64,000 bases of DNA from Chrysomallon squamiferum (taxonomy: Eukaryota > Animalia > Mollusca). The stretch spans positions 8,680,001 through 8,744,000 of the forward strand of contig CM022674.1 in NCBI GenBank assembly GCA_012295275.1, read 5' to 3'. Both the position numbers and the translations under genes were made by a program. Under the pieces are notes generated by a model. The model did not search any database. It saw only the letters and a program-made list of their open reading frames with translations, and had not been told where the DNA came from. This document shows, one piece after another, positions 13,379 to 26,600 of this stretch (position 1 is the stretch's first letter; each line of letters begins with the position of its first letter).

Positions 13379-14070
13379 TTCATGTGGTATAAAGCATTTT
13401 CGAAAACAACTTTTAAAAAGTCAAAGCACATTTCCTTCTCGTCAAAAAGTCGTGTTTACCTTTACTGCCACCTGTTGTTGACAATGCTAATTAAGGGGCA
13501 AGTAACTCTACTCAAACTAATGTCGTTACAAAAATACGGTAAAACTCGGAAACGACATCGTTTTTACCATAATTGTTGGAATGTGGATGAAAAAAAAAAA
13601 AAATTATGAAATAATAAAAATAATATCAATAAAATAATTGTGGAATTAAATTAAATTATATGAGCGTGCGTGCGTGCCTGGGTGTATGTTTCAGTAAGTA
13701 AGATGTTACATCAAGGTAGACTAAATAACATTATGCTAAGCAATGTTTGTCCATCGTTAAATTGACGCTGATATCCTGTAGAAACATTCAAAGACACTTA
13801 ATCATTACTTACTCTCTTTATATTTGTGATTTGTTGTATTATTTAAATACACTTTGATTTGATATGAGTTAATTTTTTTTTTACTTTATTTATTTATTTA
13901 TTTATTATTTTATTAATTGTTAACCGAATTGTCACGTGGGATTACATATTCTGTTAACAAATCTACAAAAATGCCTTTTTAAATGGCTTTTACAATAACG
14001 GGATTAAATTTAGATTGCGGTAATCCAGTCTTTTAACACTAGCACATAGGGATTATTTAGTTCAGGTGGG
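13379..14070 (-). promoter_or_regulatory. Putative espin 5' regulatory region
   Basis: CpG-retaining DNA upstream of the ATG with E-box, forkhead, octamer-like and four GGATTA motifs. Confidence 0.45.
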
Positions 14071-14939
14071 AGCAGATTGTTTAATTTGCACACTACGTAC
14101 CAATTTCTTCTTGCTTTAATCAAATATTGCATACTGTACCCCTCATTTGAAGGCATTCAAAATTCTTTTTGGGCATTTCCCATGTAAATGCAAACCCAGA
14201 TAAGAATAGATCCAGTTTCAATATATTGGCTGATCTCTTTCTTTTCTACGTGGCAGTTTACAATAAACAGCTTGATATAAACATTGTCGGCTATATGAAT
14301 CAAAACTGATCATACCATAAAGATGATAAAAAAAACAACTATCACTACAATACTTAACCGAAGTTACTTAGCAAGATCATTCTGTATGTTTGTCTTTTAG
14401 GAACCAGGGATGTAATGGAAAGGGCTCGCTGCTGTGAAAAGAAATAAAAGTCAGTTTAATATTTGGCGCAGGGAGACACCTTTATTACATACATCAACAA
14501 CTATGAACAACTACTGCAACGATCTGTTCAAGTATTATTTTTATTTATTTTAACTTAACACCTCGTACAATGTGCTGTAATTTATAAAAAAATTATACTG
14601 CAATTCATATTAGTTTTTAATGATTACATTTTTTTAATTTATTATTATTTCTTTAGTCTTCATTCTACTAGTATGGGGAAGTGGTGCAGATCCCTTACTA
14701 GTACTTATGACACAGTAATCTGCACAGCCTCCCAGTAAATAAATATATAGAAATAAAAACTAAATAATAATCATTTCGCCAACCATCATCAACATCACAA
14801 AAACAGACTTGTGGATATCAGAAATAGGAGATACTATTATTAAAGGTTTCTCGCTGTATGTGTGTGTGTGTGTGTGTGTTCTGGTTCTTATTACTTTTCA
14901 TCCATGGTTTATTTTTTTTTTTTTTTTTTCTTTTGTTTC

Positions 14940-14945
<6 letters not shown>

Positions 14946-14992
<47 letters not shown>
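14946..14992. repeat. (ATT)n microsatellite
   Basis: Direct reading; (TAA)n also at 23621-23664. Confidence 0.95.
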
Positions 14993-14993
<1 letters not shown>

Positions 14994-15455
14994 AGTTACA
15001 AAGGAAACTTTTTATATTGTTTTAACGTTTATTAGAAAAATAATCCTTTCAACAATATACATTATTACAAATAGAAAAACCACTAGAAATACATTTGTTC
15101 CACTCACACAATAACAGTTTATACAGACTGAGTCACATTTTGTCCAGGGAGTGGAAAAATCAGAAACATTTGTCAACATTTTGATTTTAGAAACATGGCT
15201 TTCAAGTCAGCAGTGGCTAGTCGTTCAGGTCAGTTCTTCAGCAGATTTCTCATCCATTAAGTTGCATTAATTAAGATTACGTTAATTTTGGATGGTGGTT
15301 TATTTAGACCTTCTTGTTTCGTTGCCGAAGGGAAATAACTCATGTTGACTGGTCAATAATGTTAAGCGTAATTCTATATCGTTCTTGTCGAACAGCATTT
15401 ATCATACATAAGTCTAGTTTCACATTTTCCTTTCTTCTCATATTTAATTTTAATA

Positions 15456-15486
<31 letters not shown>

Positions 15487-18400
15487 ATGTAGTAATAACG
15501 GGCATTCTGTCTGACACAAAATAAAATATTTGTGTTCAGTCAGTGAGATACACAATCTTTCAAAAACCAAATCAAGGAGTGTGTAAAAACTTTACAATTA
15601 AGCAAGTCTTAAGATAAATGGCCAGTCACAAAAACACATTCAGCTGGTAGGGATTGTTCTGTTTTGTCTATTAGTACACAAACCTGATGACATTGTATTA
15701 TGCTCACCTTGGTCTTGGAAAGAAAAGGGATAAACTAGTTAAAAAAAAAAAAAAATGAATGAACAAATGTATAATAAGGAGTTGATTTTGTGCATATTTT
15801 AACAACTGACAAAATATCCTTTGTAAAAGCTATCCCAAGCAAACAAACAACAGAAAACATGTTACTTTCATAATATTTAATGTATAAATAAATCTAAATC
15901 AATGTCTCAGTTAACTCTTTCATTTTTGACTCCTGTATTATAATAAATCCAAAATTATTATTTTGTCAAATCATCGAAGTAATTAATTTAATTTCAAGTC
16001 AGAAATTTCAATCCAGTTATTTAACAAGCACATTGAAAACTGAAAAGACAATATTATTTTGTTTTAGAGATGGTTTTATTAACCCTTTCAGATATATTCA
16101 AATAATAAATGAATCACAGTCAATTTAACCTGATTGACTACTTCAAACCATGTAAGAACAATAATTTATTAACAAAATAAATTCAGTTAACTCTTTCACT
16201 TGTTACAAAAAATGTTTAAATACTTCAATAGTAAGCAAAATTAATTATTTTAAAAAGAAGAAGATTACAAATGGCTAATGAAATAAAAAATGACAGGTTA
16301 TCTATTCAGGACAATCTATTAAATGCTTTTTAATAAAGGCTGTGTTTGATCTTTAACTTTAACTTTCAACCAAACAATATCAGTAACAATGGAAGATTAT
16401 AAATTTCAAGTCACATGATGTTAATCTGAGATTTGAATACTCTATATATATTTGTTTTTGTATTTTTTGTTTTAAGTAGCACTTAAAGGAAATTTCAGTT
16501 AGAAATATCTGAATGGAAAGTTAGCCAAACAACATGGTCATTAATATAATAAAACTAAATAATAGCTTAAGAACATTAATATTACAAAATCCATTAAATA
16601 CAGAGGAACATTAATATAATAAAATTAAAAATATTTTTCATTGTAAGAATAAAAATTATTACTCAGTTAAAATGGTACCAATGCTTCAAAAAAACACAAA
16701 AAAACCTGTAATATATGGAATGTTAGTTTATATACATATGATAATTCATTATATAGATTCCAGAAAAATCCTAAATTGTAAGGCCAATAATTCAAAATTA
16801 ATAAATATTTTAAAAATATAATAAAAAACCCATTAGCATTAGAAACAAGACAGTATTAAAATATTGTTGAATGTAAACAGATGTGGATATTTAAATAACC
16901 TATCAATGGACAACAGGTTATAAATGATTTAGTAAGCAGTATAAACAGTATTTGTATGTAACTTTGACATCACCTGGGAATGTCTGAAAACAACTCAGAT
17001 CAAAGTTACAGGTATTACAGAAAATATTATATACAGGTGTTATATGTTAGGGATTTTAAGTACAGAGAAGTAAAAACTAACGTGGAACATTAGGAAACAG
17101 AGTCTTAAACACTAGGGATTAATAGTCTATCATATAAAAATATTTTGAAAATTACATTATAAAAAAGCATTAAGTGATACTGAACTACTATATGGGTATT
17201 AAAATATAGATTAAACATAATAAAAAAGAATATTAAAAATATGGTTTATGATGTAAAAACAAACAATCACAAACTCCTATCACAGTCAACAGTGGATGGA
17301 TTTTTTATCATGTGATCAACTGGGAAGTTGCCATGATACATAAAAATACAAATTTCAAATGAAGCAAGGAAAAGTAAAAACACCAAGAATATTCCTAAAT
17401 AACAAAATACATTTACATAGTGTGTTTAGCAGATTCATTCATCATGACAACAGAAAAATTTACTAAGGAAAAAAGACCTTCGAAAAACAAGGAAATAATT
17501 CTTCCTTATGGGTCAGTCATAACTTAATGTTCAAGTAACATTTCAAAAGTTCATTTCATTCTGTCACATTTTTGTTTTTGTTGCTTTTACTCATTTGTTA
17601 TGTCAACTGGCTTTAGTCCAAAATATTAGCAACCTGCTGTTGCCGTGGCATTATTTAATTAGTCAGCCTGTGTACTGTCCTGCTTGCTTACACCTTCTCT
17701 TATCTACTGCAGGTCATTAATTTCTTCTCAATATATGTATAAATCAATACATTCTGCAAAGATCTTTTCTGAATTAAAAAAAAGAAAAATATACAAAATG
17801 TCATGGTCTTGGGAACAGAGATAACACAGATGTACATTGCTACATGAATTCTCATACATTCATTATGTATATATAAATATCCAGCAGTCTGAAAATTAAC
17901 AAATGTAACTGAATGATATATGTGTATTTTTGGGATATCTCTAATGAAATAAACCAAATGTAATTTAAAAAAAATAATAATAAAAAGTAAAGTTTTAAAA
18001 CATTGTAATATGTAAATAAAAAAAATTATATTCAGCTCAAATTGTTTTTTTTCTTTCTTTTTTTTTTGGTTTATTTATTTATTTATTTTAGTTCTTTTAG
18101 TTTGTTTGTTTTATTATTATTTTTTTCTTTTCTTTTCTTTTCTTTTTTCAATCAGAATATCCAGATTTAGTTTACAGTTAAAACCTTAAACACAGAGAAA
18201 TTATTAATTGGAATGTTGTTGTTTTTTACATCTAATTGTGGCAGCTCAGTCTAAGTTTGATTTTTTTGCTCTTTCACTCCAACCACTTCATATGTTTACT
18301 AATGTTTGTTGTCATTATAAATAATACTGACATTTTACCACATCAAGCACAAATGTATAATTACAATATTAATTGTACAAAAAAAATCTGTCTCTATTTC

Positions 18401-19855
18401 TGAGAATACATTTATCATAATAATCAGATTTATAAGTATGGCATGTTGATATGGTTATGATCAAAATTTTGGTAACTTAATGAAAAATTAGTATGTAACA
18501 GTAAGTTTCGAAGATGTAATTAAAAATGATTTACATTCAGGTTATGATGAGACTGATATCAAAACAAGAAAATGGATTTGTAACAAATTCAAACATATCA
18601 ATAACATGATTATAAATTAAACATGCTACAGTATTTAATTTATAATCAGCATATAAAGAAAACATAAACATGAAAATGAATTTTGTACAGTTTATAAAAA
18701 GATAAACATAAAAAAGATGTATTTCGTTTTGTGCTAACAGTTTAAAAATGACACAAAATCTTCACCTCTGAACACAGCTGTTCTGAACAGTCAAATGAAA
18801 ACTAAAAACTAAAATGTGACATTTGTCCTGAGGCACATCTAATTAATGGACGGCTAATTTCTATTAAAAAATAATTACTGGAAGTTTACTGAAATATACA
18901 GAAGCAATTAACAAGGCATTTAATGTAAATAAGTAAACCAATAATATATATATATTTTCATTAATATGTAAATATTTATATTAAATATGTAAACAGCTGT
19001 ATGCTGGAAGCCTATACATAAAAGAGTCAAACATATTTTTATAAATCAATAAAACCTTTTTCACTTTTTGCATACTACATGAACATTAGAAAACAAATTA
19101 ATATAAAAATCTCAGAACTCACTTTTCAACAGTAAAATCTTAGTGAATGTTTTAATGATTAACGAAAAGTGGATCCATTTGTAAACAAAATGAAAGGCTA
19201 CCCATTATGTAACATTTTTGAATTTATCTAAAAACCAACAGAAATAAGTGACTTCATAATTCACTGAAATTATGTTACCATATAAAGAAACAGAAATTTT
19301 CCTTAAATTTGAAAATTAATTGGAAATATTATTAATTTAACTGATACACAGTGGGTATTTGGAATGTACATGGAACAAGCAGATTAAGACATTATTAATA
19401 AAACTTTAAATATGGCTGCACTAAATTACAGCAAGAATGATTATTCGAATATGTCAACATATTTAACAGTTTTATGTGTGTCATGGTTTTCAAAGATATT
19501 GGTAATATCTCACCCTGATTAACAAACTGAACCATTTCACCAAAATCAGAATCTTTAAACAGATGACCATATTTTCTTATTCCAATATATAAATATTTAA
19601 AAAATAAAAAAGAAACATATATATAAATTATTAAAAAACTGGAATCAATGTCTTTGAAAATAAATAATTTAAACAAAACAAATGGAATATAATATCTTTA
19701 ACAATATAGCCATCTTTTTTTAATTTATTTATAGTTGTTTTTGTTTTTAGTGCATGGGTGTTTGTGTGTGTGTGTAACAATATATAAATAATTTAGAATA
19801 AAAAAGTATCATCTTTGAAAGGGTGGCCATCTTTTCTTGAATTGGTAGACTGGTT

Positions 19856-20092
19856 CTATGCATCGTATTCATCTTCCATGGACTGGTTGCTGCCACTCTC
19901 CAGACTGTGGTGGAGGTTGATAGTTTTCTGGTTGAACAGACGGGAGTGGTAGTCATTGGAACCCATTTCTGTACTAAGTACACCCTCCCTGAGGTTATCT
20001 TCCCCCCAGCTTGACTTCATACTATTTCCTAAACCACTAGTTGAAACTGCATAACTTGGCACATTGACATCTCCTGATTGTAAAGAATACGA
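19856..20092 (-). CDS. CCDC30: CCDC30-like terminal exon 26
   Basis: Strong polypyrimidine tract plus CAG; phase 0; SYSLQSGDVNVPSY...MEDEYDA*. Confidence 0.75.
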   Translation of the reverse strand, partial: SYSLQSGDVNVPSYAVSTSGLGNSMKSSWGEDNLREGVLSTEMGSNDYHSRLFNQKTINLHHSLESGSNQSMEDEYDA

Positions 20093-20408
20093 CTGAAAAA
20101 AGAAAGAAAGAAGAAATATTTAGTTTTTAGTTTTACAAAATTATTAAGTTAATAGATATTAATCTCAGAAATTCATAACAAAAATTTATATGATAAATAT
20201 TAAAATATAACTTTAAAAATTATTTGTATAAATAAAATATTAATGTAATAGCATCATAATCAAAATATTTAAACAAAAAAAAAGGATGTGTTTTCTACAC
20301 GTAAAATCAGTGTGTCACTGTGTGTGTTTGAGTCTGTCAGTGTATGACAACTTCCCTGTTTTGTCTTTAGTTGTAGTAGAGAAATTAAGAAGATGTAATA
20401 AAAAGAAA

Positions 20409-20449
<41 letters not shown>

Positions 20450-23400
20450 TAATACAAATGACTAATGAAATGATTATGGAAAATATTCAGTAAATTAAAA
20501 TTACTTATTACAACTTAAAAATATATTGAACAGTTTTTATAATAAAATGGTAATGAAAAAGAGGTTAGTGAATTAAAAATAAAATTCAAAATGGGAGTAA
20601 AATTCCCCAATCAAAACTCTGAGATTAATAAACAAAACATAACAATAACTCTCCTTCCCTCTAAAGAATTAAAGCAAATTTAAATCTTTGATTACAAACT
20701 TTTCTTATGAACAGCTGGTTATTTTCCTAAAGCTGTAGATTTCTTACCAAGAGTCCTGTTTATCTTTTCATTTTGTTTTGTTATTTGTTGCTGTATTTTG
20801 TTCCTATATGAAGTGGCTAAAAGAAACATATTCCTGCAGATACTTAGTTTCACACACACACGTACACCTGCACACATACTGTAAATATACCAGTTTCATA
20901 ATCATAAAGTGAGTTAAATATATGTCCTTAAAAATGAAATGGAGTTTTAAAAAATAAAAAAATAAACATAATAATAAAAACAATAATAATAACAACTAAA
21001 AAATAACTTGTTATAAACAAGAGTTTTAATGTTATTATGGCCAAAATTTAGTTTGCAGCATAGTGAAATACAACAGTGCTTACGTGTTATTTTAACTGAG
21101 TTAGTTTAACTAATTTGTGCAAAAGCAGGCTGAAAGAAAAAGAAAGATTATAGAGATATGTGTAATGTAGACATAAAACTGCACGAGACAGGCAGATAGA
21201 TGGACACAGTGAGAGGTTCATACACAGAGAGAATGAAAAATAATGAAAACAAGGTAACAAAAAAGAAAAGAAAGTTTTGAATATTTGTGAATTAATTAAA
21301 AAAAAACAAAAAAAAAAACATAACATTTTACAAACTTGTCAGGAACTGGTGGAGGTGAGATGTTTTAAAGTTTAGACATTTAATCCCATACAAAGACCAA
21401 TCAAAGTTTTATACTTTTTATTTATTTTAATTTATTAGTTATTATGGAATTTGAAAAAATCTTTCTGGTGCTTTTTCTTTTTTCTTTTTCTTCTTTTTTC
21501 ATAATTATAAATATTACTTTGCTTGTATCAGAGATATTGTCAATGTGATAGACTGCATACATTTTTTCATTTTATCATGAACTGAAATTCACTAAGTGAT
21601 CATTTTATTAATAATAAATTTATTTTGAACAACACCAGATAGCTAATTATTATCTGATAACCAGTCATAATTATTTTTATTTCTAGGATTTCTGATACAT
21701 TTTATTTCTACAGGTCCTAATTTCTTTTACTTCTTTAGAATCAACATTTTATTTTATTACATTTAAATCTAACAAACATGTTTCTGTAGAAATTTGTTTT
21801 TGTAAAGCATCTCATCTCCTCACAGTTCATTATCTAACAACATTTACCACTGACTTATTCAGAAGAACAAAATCGTCTATATCTCAGATAGCGAGTTTCT
21901 CTATCATAATCATATCTGAAACACTGACAAACATAGCATTCACTTATTACTTTAAACTTTAATATTTTTTAATAATTACAAAACAAGTAAACAGCTAATT
22001 TTTATATTCATCTACATGATATAAAACAGTTTGAAAATGTGTATGATGATAAATTTGTTACACAAATATAATCATTTTACCTACAGCTTCATCTGGAATA
22101 AAGGTGAATAAATATTTAACTGTATAAACAATTTGCTATAATCAAACTGGAATATGATAAAAATACACAGATTTAAAATAAAATATTACAGTTTGTTAAT
22201 TGATACATTTTCAAATAAAGCTCCCAATGTACTAATAAAAGAAAAAGAAAATACCTTTGTTTTAAATGAAAACAAAGAATAAAATGATAATGTAAGCATG
22301 AATAAAATGGCAAAGCTTGCAAAAAATGCAAACACCAAACTCTTGAAGTTTTAAATATTAGCCAAACCAAACTAAGCATACATTTGTGAAAAGCAAACAA
22401 AAGCATTATTTCAGAGTGAATAGACATATTCACAATATTTAAATTAAATAAATATTAATTTTATAATAAAAATTACTGTTTAAAAATAAATAAAAATGCA
22501 ATTAAAAAATTGTGTTATATTAAAATAATAATAATAATAGTAATAATAAATAAATAAATAAAACAATTAAATTAGATAAATATTAATTTTATATTAAAAA
22601 TAAATGTTTAAATGAAATAAAAATACCATTAAAAAATTAAAGTAAATTAAAAATTAAAACTAACTAACTAACTAAATAAAACAAATATTGAAATAAATAA
22701 AATAAACACATCCTTAAAATAACACAGCACTTTAAAACACTACAAATTACCTCTCTATTTCTCTGCAGTTCTTTAAGTGAACGATCCAGGTACTGTTTGT
22801 CCTGTGTAAGTGAATCGATACGATCCTGAAGTCGAGAATTCTCTTCCTCGAGGAACTTGGTTCGAATCTGCAACATGGAAAGAGTCCGTGAACGATCTCG
22901 CAGAGCTTCCTCCATCTCTGTCAGCCTGCAAGTAATCAACTGACCTGAAAGAATCATTGCAACAATTGTCACAGTGCAGACAAAAACACTCAACAGTGAA
23001 ATGTAACACCAGGCGGGATACTGTTATTATCACACGTGCACAGGTTAAATTAACAAACAAACTACAGGTAAATATAATCTTACACTGAACAGTTATTTCA
23101 ATAATAAATAAATAAGTAAATAAACAATAAATAGTTTGTGTGTTTTCATTTCCATTATAGATTAATAAATAAATGAACAAAAATATTTTAAAATCCTCAT
23201 TTCTTGTTACAGTATTCTGACTTTGTCAATATCTAACAAAAGGTTTGAATTAAGAATTATAAATAGACAGATGCACAGACTAAACAGAGATTTCATTAAT
23301 AAAGTTTCAGACAAAAATGGATGTCTTACTTTTCTGAAAGGAATGATAATGGATATTAATCAATATAATACAATTTAGAAATGAACAAGGGGAAAAGTTA

Positions 23401-23619
23401 AATGAACAAAATTATTAAACAAAAGACGATACTGTCATTAATAGCCACAACCAAAGCAGAAACATCAGTTATAAGGTAAACAGAAAAACAAGCAAAGATA
23501 TAAAAATAAAAACAAGAGGAAACAATAAATCATTGTTAAGAATAAATAAATGAACATGATTTTAACTTGATATGCAGCAATCCAGCATGGTATTTTCCCA
23601 CTGTAAGAAAATCTTGTAG

Positions 23620-23669
<50 letters not shown>

Positions 23670-26600
23670 GAAGAATTACAAGGTAAAAATTACTATTAAA
23701 GGAGAAACTGAAGTGAATTATGTCCTAAATCATTTATGTTTTAATTTATTATAGATAGATAATGGAATTAATTTTCATCATAATTTTATATTAATTATGT
23801 AATCTTTCTGTAATAAAAGTATAACAGACTATCAGTTTAAATAACATTTTTAATAATGTCTTTTACAAATACAGAAAAACATTTTATTCATAACAGCACT
23901 GGGATGCTGACTTCAGTTCAAACGAAGAAGTAAATATGTGAACATGTCATTATTTGGTGATTTTTCCAAGCATGCTCGTGTGATCCTAGTTAGTGGTGTG
24001 ATATCTGCAGTTATTTAAAAAAACAGACTAGTTTTTCTCTGCCAGTAAACAATTTGATGAGGTGAGTTTATTTTATGTTTCAGTAACTTTCAACTTAGGT
24101 CATATACATATTTATAACTTTATCCATTCATTATTTTCAGTATGCATGTTGCTATTATTCAGTCGTTTTCTTTTTAAATTATATAAATTATTTGTTAAAT
24201 AAATCTGTAAATCTGGATACACTTAAAAAATTACTAAAATTAAAGAGATTTTTTTTTTAAATTTTATATATTTATTTATTATTTTATTATTATTTTTAAT
24301 TTTTTTGGAATTCTGTGATTAATATGAATTATAAAAAAATATATGTATACTAATGTCAAAGTTATTTTGTAGAAATAAGAAATTTGTAATGGCACATCAT
24401 CTTGTTCCATCAGTAGTTATTAGGAAGGAAAGACATAAAATATGTGTGTACTTTTCAGAATATGGTTATTTTCTTTTTCTTTTATTTTTTAATTTTAATT
24501 TTAATTTTAATTTTTTTTTAAGGTTAACTCTTTTAACAAACTATTTCCATGCTGCATTTTTGCTAAATATACATGCACTACTTAAGTGAAAAAAATGTGT
24601 TATGTTTAAATATATTAATTTGTTTATACAGTATTATGTGAAATGTTAGATATTTTAGTAATTCATTAATTGACATAACAATATTGTCATGCATAATAAC
24701 AATCATTTAACAAAGAAGAAAATAAAATCAAATAACCAATCATTATTAAAATATCTTACCGTATACATATATATTAAATATTTTGTCAAACATTATACAT
24801 ACCTTGTAAATATTTTTATTGATGTGAAAACAAATGGAATAAAAATAGCATTCAAAGAAAAAACAAACATATTGTGAACAATACATGTGAAAATTGTTCA
24901 TTTCATGCAATTTATAAACAGTTCTACCTCATACGTCAAGTATGATAACAATGACAAGCCTGAAAGAGGACAGAAATAAAAGACACACAGAAAATTAACA
25001 TTATAATTAACAGGATAATTACTAATATTTGTAATTAATGTAATAATTATATCTTTTAATATACTTTATGTAATATGATTTTCATTTAAAAACAATAATT
25101 ATTTATTAAATGTCTAACAATATCAGTAAAGTCTAATATTAATTAGACATTATAATAGTTCTGTGAAATAATGAAAAAAAGGTTTAATAACATTGAGTTG
25201 TTAAAATGTACATGTAATGCACATAATTGTTATTAATGTTTTATTAAACTAATTATAGTAATTAGAAATATATCATAAACCAACAGTTCAGAAAAAAGAA
25301 ATATAAAATTAATGAAACATTTTAAGCTGAAGAATGAAAATGTACAAAGAATTAAATAGAAAGCAAAGAATGTATTAATTGAAGCTAAATGAATTCAAAG
25401 AACCAGACTGAATTTTAGTTCAATTTGACACTATTTGCCTTACATTATAATTTTTTTTTTACTAACACTGTGTAACAATTAAACAACATTGTATAATACA
25501 AGGAATTATAGATTATTTTTCTAATTGTGTAAAAGGATTAATATATCTCACTACTAAAAGTATAAAAACTTAAATATATATTTTTTTAATATGTTTACAA
25601 AGCTGGATATAAAATTTAAAAATTACAATTACTTCATATCAAACAGCAGAAAGGCATTATCTCTGTGCTGCAGAAGAGGTTTATCTGTTCAGATATTTAA
25701 TTTTGGTATATTTTGGTATGTATGTATGTATGTATGGTGCAGGTCTGCCTGTCTCTGTGTACATATTTCAGGTGAACACACTTGAAAATGATGACACTTA
25801 CTGAGTGATAAGACCACGTTTTTCCTGTAGTAAATGTTTGTAGTTGATGTCCATCTTTTCCTTCCACTCCAGCTCTTTCCGCAGTGTTGCTCGTGTCAGC
25901 TGAAGATCCTCGTCAACTAGTGACATCTGTTCCTGAAACCGAGATCTTTCCTGGGTGTAGAATTCTCTGAAATATAAATAAAAATAAAGTACATACTGAC
26001 AATGAGCCATAAATTACATAAATTCGTTTTTCTTAAGTGGTCTATGAGGTAATCATCAAAATCTTAATAATTTTGTTGCAGATCTTATAATTGGTGTTCC
26101 AAGGAGAAATGATAGCATGAGTCATCAGCTACCTGTCATTACTTCAAAATGCTACTGAGTCAAAAAAGAAATTACCTTGCTCTTAATAATTTTTCTTTAG
26201 TTCTGTGTTTTCTGTCCATGTACCTCTGCTGGTCAAAGCTGTGTTTTTCATTGTTTGTGATCAACTCATACTGCAGGTCTTTCACTTCTTTCTGTAGTCT
26301 GGCTATCTGTTCTAACAGCCCTACTTCAGATATCTGCTGATGCTGAAAAACAGAACATTTTTAGAAATATTTTAACTAAATATAATTAATTACCTTTTTT
26401 ACCATTCTGAAGAATAGTTAACAAAATTCACACTTCACAACTCCAGATATTCAGTTTAATAAAACTAAAACTATATAAATGTAATTTTTCAGTTTATTAA
26501 ATAAATTGTACAGTAACATACCACTTCATAAGCATGGTCGTTCTGCTCACTTTGATCCTGCAGGTCGGAGAGTCTGGACTCCAGGTCGAGTATTTTGTGC

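Noticed and set aside
16079-16092. TTAACCCTTT and a similar gaaaggtta near 28995, resembling DNA-transposon termini
   Set aside because: No matching partner terminal repeat or internal transposase sequence seen
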